In this document: one piece after another, positions 41,295-54,700 of the stretch | Numbering within the stretch: the first letter of the stretch is position 1 | Layout: each line of letters starts with the position of its first letter | Source: Naegleria gruberi | Lineage: Eukaryota | DNA length: 64,000 nucleotides | Reading direction: 5' to 3' (one strand) | Assembly: GCA_000004985.1 (NCBI GenBank) | Contig: GG738873.1 | Position numbers and translations under genes: made by a program | The notes under the pieces: generated by a model | Told to the model about the DNA's origin: nothing | What the model saw: only the letters and a program-made list of their open reading frames with translations | The model's database searches: none

Positions 41295-42833
41295 ATGAAG
41301 CCTCTCTCGGATCAAGACTTGCTTCTCTACTTTACTAAATTCAAAAAAGAAATTAAACCAAGGGATCATACCTATCTATTCACAAGTTATGCTAATTGCT
41401 TCTCAGGGAAGGAGGCTGTTAAAACATTGACTTCTCTCTTTAATAATCTTTCAATGGAGGATGCTATTCAATTAGGAAATCAAATGATTGAGAGGAAATT
41501 GTTTATTCACGTAACACACGAATCTTCACAATTACTCAACAAACGATACGAGTTTTACAGATTTACCAACTTTAGGAGATGTTCAAAGAGATTGAGTATT
41601 ATGAACGTTACACAATTCACATCGAGTCTTGATGCTTCCTATCAGAAAGTTATTCAAGATGAATATAATAACAAGGGACGAGTTGGAGACATTAGAATAT
41701 TATTGGATGATGTTTACTTGTCGAGTCAAAACAATAATCAAACTGCCACCGGTGGTGCCATCAGTACTGCGAATGCAGTCACTTCGAATAGTGCAGTCCT
41801 ATCTCGTTCAAGCTCATTCTTTTCCTCAGCTTGCGTTCAATCCTTTTTAAATGATGATATTGCATTGGTCAACAACCAAACCAATGAGACGGATACTTCA
41901 TCACCAGACCAACAGCAAAATGCCAGTTCAATATCCTTATTTGGAAAGAAAATATCTGTACCTCTAAAGATTAGAAAGAATTCACAACCTTCCCACCAAA
42001 ATTCTCCACCAATGAGTGGTTCCTTTGATAATCCAAACCTTTTGAAAAAATCTCCAAGAGGAAACAATAGCCCATTCACTGGATTCAGTTCTGAGCTGTC
42101 TCCACACCACAAATCATCTAGTGCTGAGGATTTATACGGAAGAAAAGTGAGACTAAATGAGTATGTTGATGTTAACTCCCTTGGAGTTGGGTCACCACTC
42201 AAATCTATAGCAACATCTTCTGCTGATGATTCGAGTCCTCTTCAAGACACTCCCTCTCCTCAAAATGAGAGTAGCGTTGTTTCCTCCTCTCCTAGACGTC
42301 ATGGTATGATAGCCCGAACAACTTCACAAGATTTTGAATTGAAACGTAACTTGGAAGATATGGATTTGGATTTTGACAAGTTTGCAAATATTGATGAGGT
42401 TTTAAAGCATCCAAAAGCTTGTGCCATTCTCACCAAATTTGCATTTGATGAATATGCAGAGGAATCAATTTACTTTTGGAAAGATTTGAAAGCCTACAAG
42501 AAGGAATCGAGAATTGATTGTAAATTAGATATGGCTATCAAAATTTTCGATACCTATGTGAATCCAGATGGTAGCTTGGCTCTTAATATTACAAAAAAAC
42601 AAATAGTTGAGTGTAGGAGAAAGTATCTCAATGCTGATGATGATTGTTTCGATGATATTCAAAAGGAAGTCAAGATTATTTTGAATGATCTCCTTGACCG
42701 TCTTCGTTTGGGTATTCAACAACAAAAAACCAATCAAATTAACATGCTAAACAGCAAGAGCTCTCTTATTCCCTCATCAACTTCCAATTTGAAAATGTCT
42801 AGATCTGATGAAAGTATAGCCTTTGTCCAATAA
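41295..42833 (+). CDS. DEP-domain plus RGS-domain protein (regulator of G-protein signalling), 512 aa, single exon
   Basis: N-terminal DEP-like 'FSGKEAVKTLTSLF...EDAIQLGNQMIERKLFIHVTHESSQLLNKRYEFYRF'. C-terminal RGS 'FANIDEVLKHPKACAILTKFAFDEYAEESIYFWKDLKAYKK...DMAIKIFDTYVNPDGSLALNI'. Confidence 0.75.
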   Translation: MKPLSDQDLLLYFTKFKKEIKPRDHTYLFTSYANCFSGKEAVKTLTSLFNNLSMEDAIQLGNQMIERKLFIHVTHESSQLLNKRYEFYRFTNFRRCSKRLSIMNVTQFTSSLDASYQKVIQDEYNNKGRVGDIRILLDDVYLSSQNNNQTATGGAISTANAVTSNSAVLSRSSSFFSSACVQSFLNDDIALVNNQTNETDTSSPDQQQNASSISLFGKKISVPLKIRKNSQPSHQNSPPMSGSFDNPNLLKKSPRGNNSPFTGFSSELSPHHKSSSAEDLYGRKVRLNEYVDVNSLGVGSPLKSIATSSADDSSPLQDTPSPQNESSVVSSSPRRHGMIARTTSQDFELKRNLEDMDLDFDKFANIDEVLKHPKACAILTKFAFDEYAEESIYFWKDLKAYKKESRIDCKLDMAIKIFDTYVNPDGSLALNITKKQIVECRRKYLNADDDCFDDIQKEVKIILNDLLDRLRLGIQQQKTNQINMLNSKSSLIPSSTSNLKMSRSDESIAFVQ

Positions 42834-43261
42834 CATATGTTCTAAAATCCTTCCACTATTTTGCTATTCCCTATCTAATGAGCCATTCCACCACAAGTTT
42901 TTTTAATTTGTAATCTTGTACAACACAACTGAAAGAGAGAAATTAATTTTTGATATTACGGCCAATATAATTTGTTACAATTTTGAGTAAATAATAATAA
43001 CCAATTTTCATAATCGTTGAATCTAATCTCCTTCGTGCATGAGACTGGTATCATAGTCCAATAGATTTCCTTCAGTTGATGAAATTCAACAAGTCAACAA
43101 TACAAAATTGTCTCCCATCACATAACTCTTGACAGTTAATCACAATCAAAAAAAATTCAGAAACAAAAAGTTCCGTTCACACAAAAACCATCAGGGTCAA
43201 CAGCTTTAAACAAACTTTCACCCGTTCATATACGAAACTCTCTCAACTATCACACAACTAA

Positions 43262-45053
43262 ATGTTCAACTCTGTCGATAAAAGACAAGGCAATCATCTA
43301 TCCGAATTTGATTATGGATACGAAGCCTCCAGTCCAACAAGTCAAACCAATGAACAATCCTACTATACTAATACCAATACTACCACCAATAACAATAACA
43401 ACAACAATAATGGATCGGACGACGAAGGTGGTGATGATACAGTCGACATGACCTTCTCTCAACTCTACGAAATGATGAAGCAACAACCTGTTGAAAACAT
43501 TCCCGCCAATATTTTACAAACCCTCTCAAAAAAAGATTTGGTCTTGTGTGAGTTGAGGCGAGAGGGCATGAATCCACAATTTAAAAGGGATGCTGAATAT
43601 TGGTACAATACATTGAGTGTATTTACTCATCAATCGAATCAAGATGTTATTATGAGTGATTTTTCATTGGCTAGTAATATTACTGAAAAATTTGAATTAA
43701 TTGCTTTGGAAAAGAAGAGAATTGATATTTTGAGAAGAATGTTTATAGTGTTACGTTATGGAGATTTATTATATAGAAAATCAAAGAAAACTAATGATTG
43801 GATGCCTTGGAGTGAATTGAAGGGTTTACCAATTGCTACTGCCATGTCACATGGTTCTAGAATTATTATTCAATTACCTAAATCTGCAATGGCAGCTGAA
43901 AAGAAGGGAATCTTTTCAAAATTAAAGAATACACTTCGACCAAAGGATGAAAGCTCTCACGATCATGGTTTTTGGACTTGGTTATTGTGTGGTGATGAGA
44001 ATGGTAGTTTGGAAATGGTAGTCACTCCAGAAACAACAAATGGAAGTGTAAGTTTTAATATTTCTATCAATAATTTAATAATTATTATGTAAACTACTAC
44101 TATCAATGAAATTTAAATGTCATTTTGATGATATTAATTCACACAATATCACACACTCACTAAATACATATTAATCATTGTGCTAAATACATATTAATCA
44201 TCATATGATGAACATTAATTTTATAATACAATATAATTAGGAAGCTGCAAAGAAAGGATATTTATTATTTAAAAGAACAGCAGCAACTCACAGTTTAGGA
44301 TATTATACAGACGAAATTAAAGATGAAGAATCACCATCTTCACCTGCAGGTGGTAAAAAGAAGAAGGTCAAACAATTGAGAAGAATCACTGCTAACTATA
44401 CCGATCAAAACAATCAAAGGGGAACAATGAAAAAACTCAAGGATATTATTGAAATTAAGGAAAAACTAGGATTGAATACCAGAAATTCCAAACTCCTCGG
44501 AAGCAAGGAAGAAGTTATGCTCAAACACAGACATTGGGGACTCAACGTTTCAATGAGTGGATTTGGTAAAAAACTTCCAGTATTTTTACCTTATAAGGAA
44601 GCTAAAAAAGCAAGAAAAAAAGGACCAAAGAAGGGATCAAAAGTTTCATACACAACAGTTGAACCAACTGGTGAACATTCACATATTTATCTTTACTACA
44701 TGTCACCAGGACCAAAGAGGTATGGTGGCATTATGATTGGTGTTGAAGGTTCTGAACCAGGTAAGAAAGACCAATCTGGAGAACACCACGGCATAACCGC
44801 TGGTTCACCTTTTATTGGTGTGACAGATGGCATGAAGTGGAATAAGATTAAGGATATGGGTATGGAAGAATATCCTGACAAGTATGACTCACTCTTTATT
44901 GACTTGTCATCTGGATGGGAATTTTTGAAAGATAAAGTAAATGAGTGGCGAGATGAAATGGTTTTTGAAACTATTTACATTAAACCAGCTCAAGAAGCCG
45001 AAGAAGAAGCTCAATTCAAGGAACAACAATATATTGAAGATGAGGATGAATAA
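43262..45053 (+). CDS. Hypothetical protein of about 534 aa with an Asn/Thr-rich N-terminus. Two exons: join(43262..44047, 44241..45053), with a 193-nt AT-rich intron
   Basis: Donor 'agt|gtaagttttaat' at 44048, acceptor 'caatataattag|gaagct' at 44239-44240. Exon 2 is in frame ('EAAKKGYLLFKRTAATHSLGYYTDEIKDEE...') and continues into ORF 44376-45053 ending 'FKEQQYIEDEDE'. Confidence 0.6.
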
Positions 45054-45305
45054 ACTATGTAAAATATTTCTGTATTTGTATGATATCTTTATGGTAATTT
45101 AACAACGTTTTCAATTTGGTAAGTTTGAGCGAAATTGCGAAATGCAACATAGGACAAAATTTCGAATAGGATTGCCTTCATGATGGCTTTAACATGTGTT
45201 TATAGGATGTGAAAGGAAACATCGAAATGACCTTATCTGATTCTCTCGCCATAATTCAGTTTCAACCCACACAACAATCTGGCTTCAAAAAAAATATACG
45301 AAACT

Positions 45306-46094
45306 ATGCCTCCCACCAATTCTCAAACAAAACCAAATCAAACTTCAAATACGTCTACGAAAGCAATAAAGAAAACAAAGAAGAAGAAACATGAGTTTGT
45401 AAATATCATGTTCTTTGATAACCAGATTACATCAGAATGCTTTGAGAATCATAAGGCGGGAAACTTGTTTCATTGGAAAGTGCAACAACCTACACATGCA
45501 TCATCTTCAACACAGCATGGAGTTTCTTCTACAATTGGTGCTTCAACTCCAACTTCGGTTGTTTCTTCATCATTATCATCAAACTCAGCTACCAGTAGCA
45601 GATTTTTGCCAACACATGTACTTTCGAATAGTAGTGGAAGTTCATCTTCTTCGGCAAGTGAATCAGACAATACAATATTACATGATGCATTACCAACAAG
45701 TCATAGCACTCTGCATGCTAGTAATAGTAGTATTAGTAGTGTAAATAGTTCGAATAGTTCTCAAAGCCACAGATTATTAGAAACCAACCAAAAAATTCAA
45801 GATTACACTCCCATATTTATTAAACCTCCAAATATGTTGGATTCGTTAGCCACATCCACAACAGAAACGCACCCCTCGCTGTATCAAATAATGGAAAAAC
45901 AACATGTTGAAAGAGAGAAATCCGAAACGAGACAAGATTATTCTTCCAATTTAGTAATCAGAAACGAAACCTCAATAACATTAATGGGTTCAATTCCTCC
46001 TTCTCCTCAACAACAGCATACCGGCCATGCTGTTGGTGTTGAGAAAAGGAAGGTGAGAAGTAGCATATCTATCAGAGAATTGCTTAATGATTAG
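45306..46094 (+). CDS. Hypothetical Ser-rich low-complexity protein, 262 aa
   Basis: ORF with ATG at 45306. The composition is biased, with no recognisable domain. Confidence 0.35.
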   Translation: MPPTNSQTKPNQTSNTSTKAIKKTKKKKHEFVNIMFFDNQITSECFENHKAGNLFHWKVQQPTHASSSTQHGVSSTIGASTPTSVVSSSLSSNSATSSRFLPTHVLSNSSGSSSSSASESDNTILHDALPTSHSTLHASNSSISSVNSSNSSQSHRLLETNQKIQDYTPIFIKPPNMLDSLATSTTETHPSLYQIMEKQHVEREKSETRQDYSSNLVIRNETSITLMGSIPPSPQQQHTGHAVGVEKRKVRSSISIRELLND

Positions 46095-47002
46095 GATAAC
46101 AAAAAGAAGGAGCGGATTATCAGTTCAAATGAGTTGGAGCACATTTTGTTTGCTTTTTGTGGTTCAAATTGGAAGATTACAGTAGCATGCATGCAACTTC
46201 TTCTTCAATGTAAAATTTCAAATAACAAATAAGGAAGTACATGCATTTATACAAAAATTTTTTTTTTCAAAGGAAACGAAAATTTTACAAACCATCAACT
46301 TGATTGAATAGCTATACATCATTAAGATTATCAAATATCAATCAAATTACCAACAAAATTCATTCAAAAATTCACCAATCACACACAAACTTTACTAATA
46401 GAAAATTACATTACAAAAAATATGAGAAACACATTCACTTTTTTATCCGTTCTAAAGATGGAACATTAGAGTATTTAATAAACTCCTGAAATTAAACTCC
46501 CATCTCACAAATTAACATCTGAGAGTTTTATTTGAAATTAAGGTAATTGAGCGAGTTGGAATTTTGTGAAGGAAGGTGTACTGAATTTTAGAAGAGTAGT
46601 AATGGTCCAATTTTCCCACTCAAGGTTTAAAAACTATTGTTTTCAATACATTTTTTAATTCTTTTATCAATTTTTTACAATTTCCAATTAGAAAACATGT
46701 TTTCTTCCAATTGAGTTCCAAGTAGAAACCATTTGGAAATCTAATAGCGCTTAAAAAATTCGCAATTTAAAAAAAAATTGAATGAAGCAACGGCCATCTT
46801 TTTAAATTTTTATCATCACGTAGAATTTATTTGATTTTTTAAAACATAACCTTCTTTGAATGCTGCTGTTTTCCTCTTCTTGTAGAGAACAAATAATTTA
46901 ATAGTAGTAGTATCTTCCGCCACTTTTGTAGTGGAGATTGAATCATCCGAATCTTCATCATCACACAATATATATAATTTCATCTTGTTAATAATAACAA
47001 TA

Positions 47003-48013
47003 ATGGAGGTGGTTAATAATTCAATACCTTTGAATATTGATCAGTATTCACCTCCGCCACCAAATATCATTGTGAATAATCATCTAAATCATCATCATTC
47101 ACAACAACAACATTCTAATAATAATGGTCAACAAGAAATGATGGAAGTTGATAGAGTTTTCATGATGATGAATAATAATAATAACAATAATTTTGTACAA
47201 AATCCATCCACCTCTCCTCCACAACAAACTCCTCCCAATCATCCTGGAATTAATAATTATTATTATTATATGCCTAATCCCTATAATCATTCCGAGTCAG
47301 CTACCAATAATGGTGTTTTTGCTTATCAACCTGTTTTTGTAACCATTCCAAGTCATCATTTGATACCTTCTCCTTCCAATACTAATATTCCACAACCACA
47401 ACCACAACAGAATGTAGGATCAATACCCAATAACTTATCCAAATCAATATCATTTGATAGTGATCCATTGTCAGCGAGTAACCACATGAATCATTTCAAA
47501 CAGAAATTCTCAAATGAAGTTTACATTGATGAATACTCTCTACCTCATTATGCACAACAAAATCCCAGTGATCAATATTATTCCTATTCACAATTTTCAG
47601 ATCCAAGATTATGGATAAAACCATCCAACTCATTCTTTACATATCCACTAGTAATGAGCTTTTTCAATTTAATATTATTAGGTCTTGGACATACCTTAAT
47701 TGGACAAGATAGAAAAGGAGTTAGTTACATGTTAGTGACAATGATAATCTTTTTTTTATGTATTGTGTTCTTTGGAATTCTGGCTCTTCCATTTTATTGG
47801 CTGTGGGCATTAATGGTAATTATGGACGGATATAAACTGTCTAAACGTTTAAGGGAAGGGATTCCAATCCACCAGTCAGAATGTACTAACAAGTGGGCAA
47901 CTAGAGGTATTAGTCAATTTGTAGGTGCTGATTTAACACTATTCAATAATAATAATCCTCGAGAGTGTTCACAGGAATGGTTAGATATGATCAATCATTT
48001 AACAACGATATAA
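47003..48013 (+). CDS. Membrane protein with a Pro/Asn/Gln-rich N-terminus and a C-terminal TM2-domain-like pair of helices
   Basis: The first in-frame ATG is at 47003 (the ORF-track start at 46931 is GTG). The region 'LILLGLGHTLIGQDRKGVSYMLVTMIIFFLCIVFFGILALPFYWLWALMVIMDGYKL' resembles the TM2 domain pattern G..G.H.FYLG...G...L...W..D. Confidence 0.5.
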   Translation: MEVVNNSIPLNIDQYSPPPPNIIVNNHLNHHHSQQQHSNNNGQQEMMEVDRVFMMMNNNNNNNFVQNPSTSPPQQTPPNHPGINNYYYYMPNPYNHSESATNNGVFAYQPVFVTIPSHHLIPSPSNTNIPQPQPQQNVGSIPNNLSKSISFDSDPLSASNHMNHFKQKFSNEVYIDEYSLPHYAQQNPSDQYYSYSQFSDPRLWIKPSNSFFTYPLVMSFFNLILLGLGHTLIGQDRKGVSYMLVTMIIFFLCIVFFGILALPFYWLWALMVIMDGYKLSKRLREGIPIHQSECTNKWATRGISQFVGADLTLFNNNNPRECSQEWLDMINHLTTI

Positions 48014-48113
48014 AAGCAAAATTGTTTTATCAAAATTCTCCACTCTCTAATTGTTCAACAGGAAAGATAATTCTCTCTAAATAATAATACAAGTAATAAT
48101 GTGACAAAATAAG

Positions 48114-48740
48114 TTAGTCCATTATTTGATCTCCATCATAAAGTGGACGATACTTGTGCACTTGGCTATTCTTTCTTGTCACTACAATCCTCAAAATTCC
48201 ACACACAAATAAAGGTACACAACAACAAATTAACAAGGTACAAGCAACACCAACAAAACTCGAATAGTATAGCACTGAAAATTTGTACGTTTTCAATGCT
48301 GCTTGATCATCCTTTGGTTGTGTCGTGTTTAGCACACTGTCTAATTTACTGCCATATCCTCCTATTAAACAAGTCATGGCCATCAATGAGAGTAGTATTG
48401 AAAATGTCCACACATAGGCACAAATAGAAAAGTAACGTGTAGAATTTAATGAAGCTGTACAATCCACTACTGATACCATTCCAACAATACTCATCATTAG
48501 AAAGAATGACACGGCAACAAACTCAAAAACTAGCAACATGGTACCATACTGTTTGTCATTCAATTCTAATAATGTCTTTCCTTCCACAATTAAAACTATC
48601 AACGAAATCAAATATCCTAGAGAAGATAAAAACACAATCAAACAACCAACAAGCGTGCATAGTATGGATAGTGTTGTTGCTTTGTGTTTTGTGTTAATGC
48701 TACTTGTCGGAACGTTGAGCATTTTTTTAATGGTTATCAT
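48114..48740 (-). CDS. Small four-TM membrane protein of 208 aa with tetraspanin- or claudin-like topology; family uncertain
   Basis: Four hydrophobic segments: 'LSILCTLVGCLIVFLSSLGYLISLIVLIV', 'MLLVFEFVAVSFFLMMSIVGMVSVV', 'FSICAYVWTFSILLSLMAMTCLIGG', 'FSVLYYSSFVGVACTLLICCCVPLFVCGIL'. Confidence 0.5.
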   Translation of the reverse strand: MITIKKMLNVPTSSINTKHKATTLSILCTLVGCLIVFLSSLGYLISLIVLIVEGKTLLELNDKQYGTMLLVFEFVAVSFFLMMSIVGMVSVVDCTASLNSTRYFSICAYVWTFSILLSLMAMTCLIGGYGSKLDSVLNTTQPKDDQAALKTYKFSVLYYSSFVGVACTLLICCCVPLFVCGILRIVVTRKNSQVHKYRPLYDGDQIMD

Positions 48741-48787
48741 TTAACATTTGACATTGATTGAAATAAATGATATTTATTTAATAAAAA

Positions 48788-51700
48788 TTAATTCCATACA
48801 GCATAACTATTAACCATAACATTAGGATCTGCATCATCATCATCAAATTCTGGCATAACATTTGTTGTTGTTGCTGTAGATGAGGACATTTGATCATCAG
48901 AAGAATTCATCTTATCAAACAAGTCATTCATTGCATCTTGTAAATCATCTCTGTTGTGGGCATAATCATAAACAGAATACTTGCTACTTCTCATCTTCTT
49001 TCTTCTGTAATACCAAATACCAGCAACAACGAATACCAATACTGTAACTATTAAAATAATTGCAACTGCACCAGAAATTGCTCCAGCAAGAATGGTTGTA
49101 ATATTGGAGGATTCCATGTTAGGTAATAAAGTGGCATGGGCAACACACTTTTGAACTTTACAAGCAGCCACAATATTGTACAAATCTGTTTCAATGTTAA
49201 TGGTTGGCTTATTTAGAATTTGAGTACAAGTTACACTACTTTCCAACCTTAATGTGTAATTATGAGAGAACTTTTCAATAAATTGAGGGTAAGTGATTGG
49301 GAGAATAAAAGAGTTAGAATTACAAATGGCATCTCCATTGCTGTCCTTGATTGTGTAAGAGAGAGTGGCTTTCCAATCCTTATAATCTTGAGAGGACCAT
49401 TCAGAATAATCTAATTGAGAGAAACTGTGTGTAACCTTCATATCTAACTTCATATTTTCACCTTCTTTAAAGTCACAACGAGTAGATATATTTTTGGTTT
49501 CAAATGAATGTACCCAAGTTACTTCAGAATAAAGANNNNNNNNNNNNNNNNNNNNNNNNNNNNNNNNNNNNNNNNNNNNNNNNNNNNNNNNNNNNNNNNN
49601 NNNNNNNNNNNNNNNNNNNNNNNNNNNNNNNNNNNNNNNNNNNNNNNNNNNNNNNNNNNNNNNNNNNNNNNNNNNNNNNNNNNNNNNNNNNNNNNNNNNN
49701 NNNNNNNNNNNNNNNNNNNNNNNNNNNNNNNNNNNNNNNNNNNNNNNNNNNNNNNNNNNNNNNNNNNNNNNNNNNNNNNNNNNNNNNNNNNNNNNNNNNN
49801 NNNNNNNNNNNNNNNNNNNNNNNNNNNNNNNNNNNNNNNNNNNNNNNNNNNNNNNNNNNNNNNNNNNNNNNNNNNNNNNNNNNNNNNNNNNNNNNNNNNN
49901 NNNNNNNNNNNNNNNNNNNNNNNNNNNNNNNNNNNNNNNNNNNNNNNNNNNNNNNNNNNNNNNNNNNNNNNNNNNNNNNNNNNNNNNNNNNNNNNNNNNN
50001 NNNNNNNNNNNNNNNNNNNNNNNNNNNNNNNNNNNNNNNNNNNNNNNNNNNNNNNNNNNNNNNNNNNNNNNNNNNNNNNNNNNNNNNNNNNNNNNNNNNN
50101 NNNNNNNNNNNNNNNNNNNNNNNNNNNNNNNNNNNNNNNNNNNNNNNNNNNNNNNNNNNNNNNNNNNNNNNNNNNNNNNNNNNNNNNNNNNNNNNNNNNN
50201 NNNNNNNNNNNNNNNNNNNNNNNNNNNNNNNNNNNNNNNNNNNNNNNNNNNNNNNNNNNNNNNNNNNNNNNNNNNNNNNNNNNNNNNNNNNNNNNNNNNN
50301 NNNNNNNNNNNNNNNNNNNNNNNNNNNNNNNNNNNNNNNNNNNNNNNNNNNNNNNNNNNNNNNNNNNNNNNNNNNNNNNNNNNNNNNNNNNNNNNNNNNN
50401 NNNNNNNNNNNNNNNNNNNNNNNNNNNNNNNNNNNNNNNNNNNNNNNNNNNNNNNNNNNNNNNNNNNNNNNNNNNNNNNNNNNNNNNNNNNNNNNNNNNN
50501 NNNNNNNNNNNNNNNNNNNNNNNNNNNNNNNNNNNNNNNNNNNNNNNNNNNNNNNNNNNNNNNNNNNNNNNNNNNNNNNNNNNNNNNNNNNNNNNNNNNN
50601 NNNNNNNNNNNNNNNNNNNNNNNNNNNNNNNNNNNNNNNNNNNNNNNNNNNNNNNNNNNNNNNNNNNNNNNNNNNNNNNNNNNNNNNNNNNNNNNNNNNN
50701 NNNNNNNNNNNNNNNNNNNNNNNNNNNNNNNNNNNNNNNNNNNNNNNNNNNNNNNNNNNNNNNNNNNNNNNNNNNNNNNNNNNNNNNNNNNNNNNNNNNN
50801 NNNNNNNNNNNNNNNNNNNNNNNNNNNNNNNNNNNNNNNNNNNNNNNNNNNNNNNNNNNNNNNNNNNNNNNNNNNNNNNNNNNNNNNNNNNNNNNNNNNN
50901 NNNNNNNNNNNNNNNNNNNNNNNNNNNNNNNNNNNNNNNNNNNNNNNNNNNNNNNNNNNNNNNNNNNNNNNNNNNNNNNNNNNNNNNNNNNNNNNNNNNN
51001 NNNNNNNNNNNNNNNNNNNNNNNNNNNNNNNNNNNNNNNNNNNNNNNNNNNNNNNNNNNNNNNNNNNNNNNNNNNNNNNNNNNNNNNNNNNNNNNNNNNN
51101 NNNNNNNNNNNNNNNNNNNNNNNNNNNNNNNNNNNNNNNNNNNNNNNNNNNNNNNNNTTTCTTTTGGTAAATCCAATGTTTGATGCAGTCTTCTTGATTA
51201 CATTCAACTTGATGAATGTATTCTTAACTGTATTCACAAGGTAAATAATATCGTCAACTTTAACAATACTGATCTTGTCAGAGTATTCGGAAAATTGAGA
51301 AATACTTGATGGGTAATTAGCAATTTGTTCAAACTTCATAGAATCTGTCCATAGATTGGTTTTGGAATCTTGTTGAGTAACATTTGCAATAAAGATCTTT
51401 GTTCCTTGATCAGTAATGGTGGCAATCAATATCTTGATACCTGAGGCTTCAGTAGCAGAGATTAGCGCTCTAGCGTTAGAAACTGCGTCCTTGTTTGGGA
51501 ATTCAACAGTTGATATGATTCTAACTCTAGCATCGAAGAAAATAAGGGTTGGTGTTAAGGTATATCTATTACTAGCTGTAAAGACAATTGAAGTAGTATT
51601 ATCAACAACAATATTCAAATCCTTAACTGTTTCTCTGTTGAATGTATGATTGTACAATCGTTTGTTGTCGTATAGGGTTGTCTTGATAATACTGTTTCCT

Positions 51701-54700
51701 GAGATATCTCTAGCAGATAAGGATTCATAGAATTCAATAGTAGTAACTGTAAAATTATTTGTGTTAATGGTAATACCATACAAAACAGAGTCCATAATAA
51801 AGATCTTATCAATTTGGTCTGCTTCAGTAAGGCTTGAAAGGTATTTCCAGTTTGAAATTGAGTCAACAATATCCATTTGTGTATAAATTAAAACTGAGAA
51901 ATCATCATAATTAATTACTGTAAAGTAATAAGTCCCATCAAATATTGTTGGAGTAGTAGATTTGATAGGAGATGAAGGTAAACCCAACTCGGAAAGTTTT
52001 TGGGAAGATATGACCACCAAATTACTGCATGCTACATCCATTACAATAATGTCAACCGATTTGGAAGTAACTGAAACAGAATTGACTGTAATATTGGAGC
52101 AAGACTTACTGCTGTCAAAATATTCACAATTCTTGCCGGTAAATTCTTGCTCACAAGAGCAAACATTAGGGAAAACACATACACCATGAGTGCTACAAGC
52201 ATCAGCCAAAGTCTTGTTAAAGCAAACAGGAATGGAACAATTTTCTCCTCTATAATCAGGCCTGCAAACACAAACATCTTGTGAGATACAAGTACCGTGA
52301 GCCGAGCAATTATTTCTATTGGCACAATCAAAGTATGAAGTAATGTTACATTCAATACCCTCGAATCCATAGTCACAAGTGCAATTGTTTGGAGCAGCAC
52401 AATATCCTCTATTACAAGCGTCCTTACCATACTTTTCGTAACAAATAACATACTGACATTCTTCTCCAGTATAACCTTCAGAGCATTTGCAATTATTGTT
52501 AGAAATACAAGCACCCCTGCCACTGCAAACTTGGCTATTATTGACAGATAAACCATAACAAGTATACCAATTACATGTATCAAAATCGTTACAAGTACCC
52601 TTCTTGGCACATACGTTTGGATCAGTGGCTGGTAGTCCATAACAAACCGGTGTAGAACAATTGGTTCCGATATAACCATTGCATTTACAATTGTCTGGAT
52701 AGGTACAATTTCCGTGTCCATTACAAACATTGGTTTCATTAGCTGGAATGTTATAACAAATAGTAAATTCACATTTTGGACCTGTAAAACCTTCACTGCA
52801 TTGACAGGTATCTGGCAAAGAACAAATACCACGACCAGTACAAACATTTTGAGAGTCTGAAGCATTAAAACCATAACAAATTGGAATGGAACAATCTTTT
52901 CCAACATAAGTTGAAATGCATAAGCATAAATCTGTATCGTTACAAATACCATGCCCATAACAAACAGTTGAATCATTTGAAAGAATGTCGAAACAATTTG
53001 AAACTTCACAAGCTGAACCAATGTATCCATTTGAACAAGTGCAATGGTTTGCATAATCACAGGAACCGCGATTGGAACAATCAGTAATATTGTTGACAAT
53101 ACAAGTCCAGTTTTGACAATTATTTCCAAAGTAGTTTGTTTCACATTCACAAGTATTATTGCCAATACATTTTCCTCTGGAGCTACAAACATCTGTTTCA
53201 TTACTTTCCACACCAAAGCAATGGTAGTATTCACAAACATCTGGTGCAATACATTTTCCAATTCTTCCACAAACAGTACTTGTATTAGATACCACACCAT
53301 AACAATTGGTAAGGGAACAGTCTGGAGCAAAGTACCCAACCTCGCATGTACAATTATTAGGTGAACCACAAATACCTCTTCCACTGCAAACTTCTGTTTG
53401 GGTGGAATCAAAGCCAAAGCAAATAGGAAGGGAGCAGCTTTCTCCATCATAAATAGGATCGCAAACACAAGTATCCTTATCCACACATAAACCATGTCCA
53501 GAACAAACATTTGAATCATTTGAAAGAATGTTGAAACAAATGGAAACTTCACAAGCATTACCGACATGTCCTTCTTCACAAACACAGTGATTTGCATAAT
53601 CACAGGAACCGCGATTGGAACAATCAGTAATATTGTTGACAATACAAGTCCAGTTTTGACAATTATTTCCAAAGTAGTTTGTTTCACATTCACAAGTATT
53701 ATTGCCAATACATTTTCCTCTGGAGCTACAAACATCTGTTTCATTACTTTCCACACCAAAGCAATGGTAGTATTCACAAACATCTGGTGCAATACATTCA
53801 CCAATTCTTCCACAAACATCTGGGTGAGTCAAACGTAATCCACCACAAGTTATAATTGAACAATCGACACCATCGGTATTGTTGTTACAAATGCAGGTAT
53901 CAGGAGCAACACAAACACCCTTAGAGCTGCAAACTCGTATGTCTGAAGAATTGAGACCAAAACACATAGGAATAGAACACACACTTCCAGTGAATGTGGA
54001 ATTGCAGCTACAGGTGTCATGAGAAATACATTCACCATTGTTGCTACAAACACCAGATTGGTTGGATAACAAACCATAACAAATTGGAACTTCGCAGTTA
54101 GAACCATAATAACCGTCATTGCAAACACAAACATCTGGTTCAGAACACAATCCGCTTGAAGAACAAACTGTTTGCTTGTCTGATGGAATTCCGTGGCAGA
54201 CAGGATATTGACATTCAGGACCACTGTATTGTGAAGTGCAATTACAAACGTTAACAGCAACACAATGACCATGACTATGGCAAGTACTGGAACTGTTGGA
54301 TGAAATATTAAAGCACTTATGGAACTCACAGTCAGAACCATCGTGTTCATTATCGCAAGAACAAGTGCTTTCAAATTCACAAACTCCAAAGCCACTACAG
54401 ACCGTTGTGTCATTACCTCTTTTACCATTACAAAGAACAAGGAAAATATCAGGCAATGCTTCACCCAATGAGAATTCTAAACTATACAAGGAGCCATCCA
54501 ATTTGGCATCAGAAACACCTGGTTCCGAACCAATTGTGTTTTGTTTTCCCTTGTTGAACACAGTATTTCTTATCCTCCAATCATCTAGCAAAGTTGAGTT
54601 TACTAGTTTTCTAGTACCATCAACAAACAGGCTAGTACCATGGTTTGTGCTCTTAGAGACAGCAACGGTGTGAATATTATTTTCAAAGGTATGTGGTATG

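Noticed and set aside
52041-53819. 592-aa ORF (MFVEELVNVLHQMFVNTT...), plus many ORFs of 60-140 aa on both strands between 19775-26839 and 51416-63182
   Set aside because: These are alternative or antisense frames within the two giant genes. Their composition is low-complexity hydrophobic, and they are far less convincing than the Cys-pattern EGF frame.
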